A DNA stretch of 64,000 nucleotides from Heptranchias perlo. Taxonomy: Eukaryota. Below are positions 62,774 through 64,000 of this stretch, piece after piece; position 1 is the first letter of the stretch; each line of letters opens with the position of its first letter. Below the pieces are notes generated by a model. That model was not told the origin of the DNA and ran no database searches. It saw only the letters and a list, made by a program, of their open reading frames with translations. The DNA is taken from positions 9,362,001-9,426,000 of the forward strand of contig NC_090338.1 of the NCBI RefSeq assembly GCF_035084215.1. The letters are read 5' to 3'. The position numbers and the translations under genes were made by a program.

Positions 62774-63167
62774 TACATTATTTACTGTGCCACCTAACTT
62801 AATGTCTATAGAGAGACTATAAAGAGAGGAAGAAAGGTTTGAGGCCAGTCGTGAGAGAAGGATCACCTACCAGCTTTTTGGGATGAATATTATGTTGTCC
62901 CTAAGTATTCATTCACAATTATTTTTATCGAAATATTTAAGTAGCTTATCTGCATCATAGAAACGTGCACTCACACGAGCTGACTGTATTTTGGTACACT
63001 ACTACAAATAAAAATTCAGGAAATAAGAGAGAAAAATAGTGATTAATGCATAGCTGCCGCAAAAGCATAGGAAAGGATGGATTTGCCCGCATGACCTGAC
63101 CTTTTGGAATCCGTCCTGATTATTCTTTATTATATTTTCAGTTTCTAGATGTTTTTCTATTACGTAT

Positions 63168-64000
63168 TGACTAATTTATTAAAGTTCTTTGAGGAAGTAA
63201 CAAGCAATGTGGATAAAGGGGATCCTGTGGATGTGATGTACTTGGATTTCCAGGAGGCTTTTGACAAGGTGCCACATCAAAGGCTACTACACAAAATAAG
63301 AGCTCATGGTGTAGGGGGTAATATATTAGCATGAATAAAGGATTGGTTAGCTAACAGGAAACAACGAGTTGGCATAAATGGGTCATTTTCAGGTTGGCAA
63401 GATGTAATGAGTGGAGTGCCACAATGATCAGTGCTTGGGCCTCAACTATTTACAATCTATATCAATGACTTGGATGAAGGGACCGAATGTGTGGTTGCTA
63501 AATTTGCTGATGACACAAAGATAGGTAGGAAAGTAAGATGTGAAGAGGACATAAGGAGTCTGCAAAGGGATATAAATAGGTTAAGCGAGTGGGCAGAAAT
63601 TTGGCAGAGGGAATATAATATGGGAAAATGTGAACTTGTCCACTTTGGCAGGATGAATAGAAAAGCAGTATATTATTTAAATGGAGAGAGATTGCAGAAC
63701 TCTGAGGTACAGAGGGATCTGGGTATCCTAGTACATGAATCACAAAAAGTTAGTATGCAGGTACAGCAAGTGATTAGGATTGCAAATGGAATGTTGTCAT
63801 TTATTGTAAGGGGAATGGAATATAAAAGTAGAGATGTTTTGCTACAGTTGTACAGGGCATTGGTGAGACCACATCTAGAATACTGTATGCAGTTTTGGTC
63901 TCCTTATTTAAGAAAGGACCTAATTGCTTTGGAGGCGGTTCAGAGAAGGTTCACTCGACTGATTCCTGGATGAGGCGGTTATCTTATGAGGAAAGGTTGA
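63168..64000 (+). mobile_element. CR1-type LINE RT region, runs off the window end
   Basis: ORFs 63149-63334 (DFQEAFDKVPH) and 63431-63973 (YINDLD, FADDTK, RPHLEYC). Confidence 0.9.

Larger units (their letters stand above)
61595..62806 (-). mobile_element. CR1 3' fragment (third paralogous copy), interrupted by a palindromic insertion
   Basis: ORFs 61540-62025 and 62245-62430 (KCEVIHFG..QRDLGVQV); tail cataggaacataggaacagg. Confidence 0.82.
37025..64000 (+). repeat. Tandem segmental triplication: units ~37025-46820, ~46821-57852, ~57853 to window end
   Basis: Unit-start sequence (gagatcgtcataacaataaca and variant), promoter, exon, downstream flank, minus CR1 and following unique sequence all recur collinearly. 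Confidence 0.85.

Noticed and set aside
1-64000. CRISPR arrays, tRNA/rRNA genes and cPcdh constant exons
   Set aside because: No regularly spaced short repeats, no recognisable structural RNA genes, and no ORF resembling PRQPNPDWRYS / QAPPNTDWRFS constant-exon sequence was seen; small divergent exons could be missed by eye

Overview
Vertebrate genomic DNA, most likely from a cartilaginous fish (inferred from the repeat complement: CR1 LINEs, Deu-domain SINE, Penelope-type hairpin). It covers part of the variable region of a clustered protocadherin (cPcdh) locus. Eleven tandem, same-strand (+) variable-exon units are visible. Six are intact exons (V1, V2, V4-V7: signal peptide, 6 cadherin repeats, TM, variable cytoplasmic domain, phase-0 GAG|GTGAG donor). 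One (V3) has a single 13-bp frameshift deletion, and four are decayed pseudogenes (P1-P4). No constant exons are recognisable in the window. Every unit is preceded by the same rigidly spaced promoter cassette: CTTTAAGAAAT, then ATTGG 24 nt on, then a 25-nt spacer, CCAAT, then GACTGGAGATCC. All seven intact or near-intact exons keep both CCAAT boxes, while each of the four pseudogenes has lost one. The right-hand 27 kb is a recent triplication of a ~10-11 kb 'gene + pseudogene' unit. Intergenic DNA is dominated by CR1-type LINE fragments, including nested insertions and a 1.1-kb inverted duplication. A palindromic Penelope-type insertion carries a minimal hammerhead-ribozyme motif. All alignments were done by eye; repeat boundaries are approximate.
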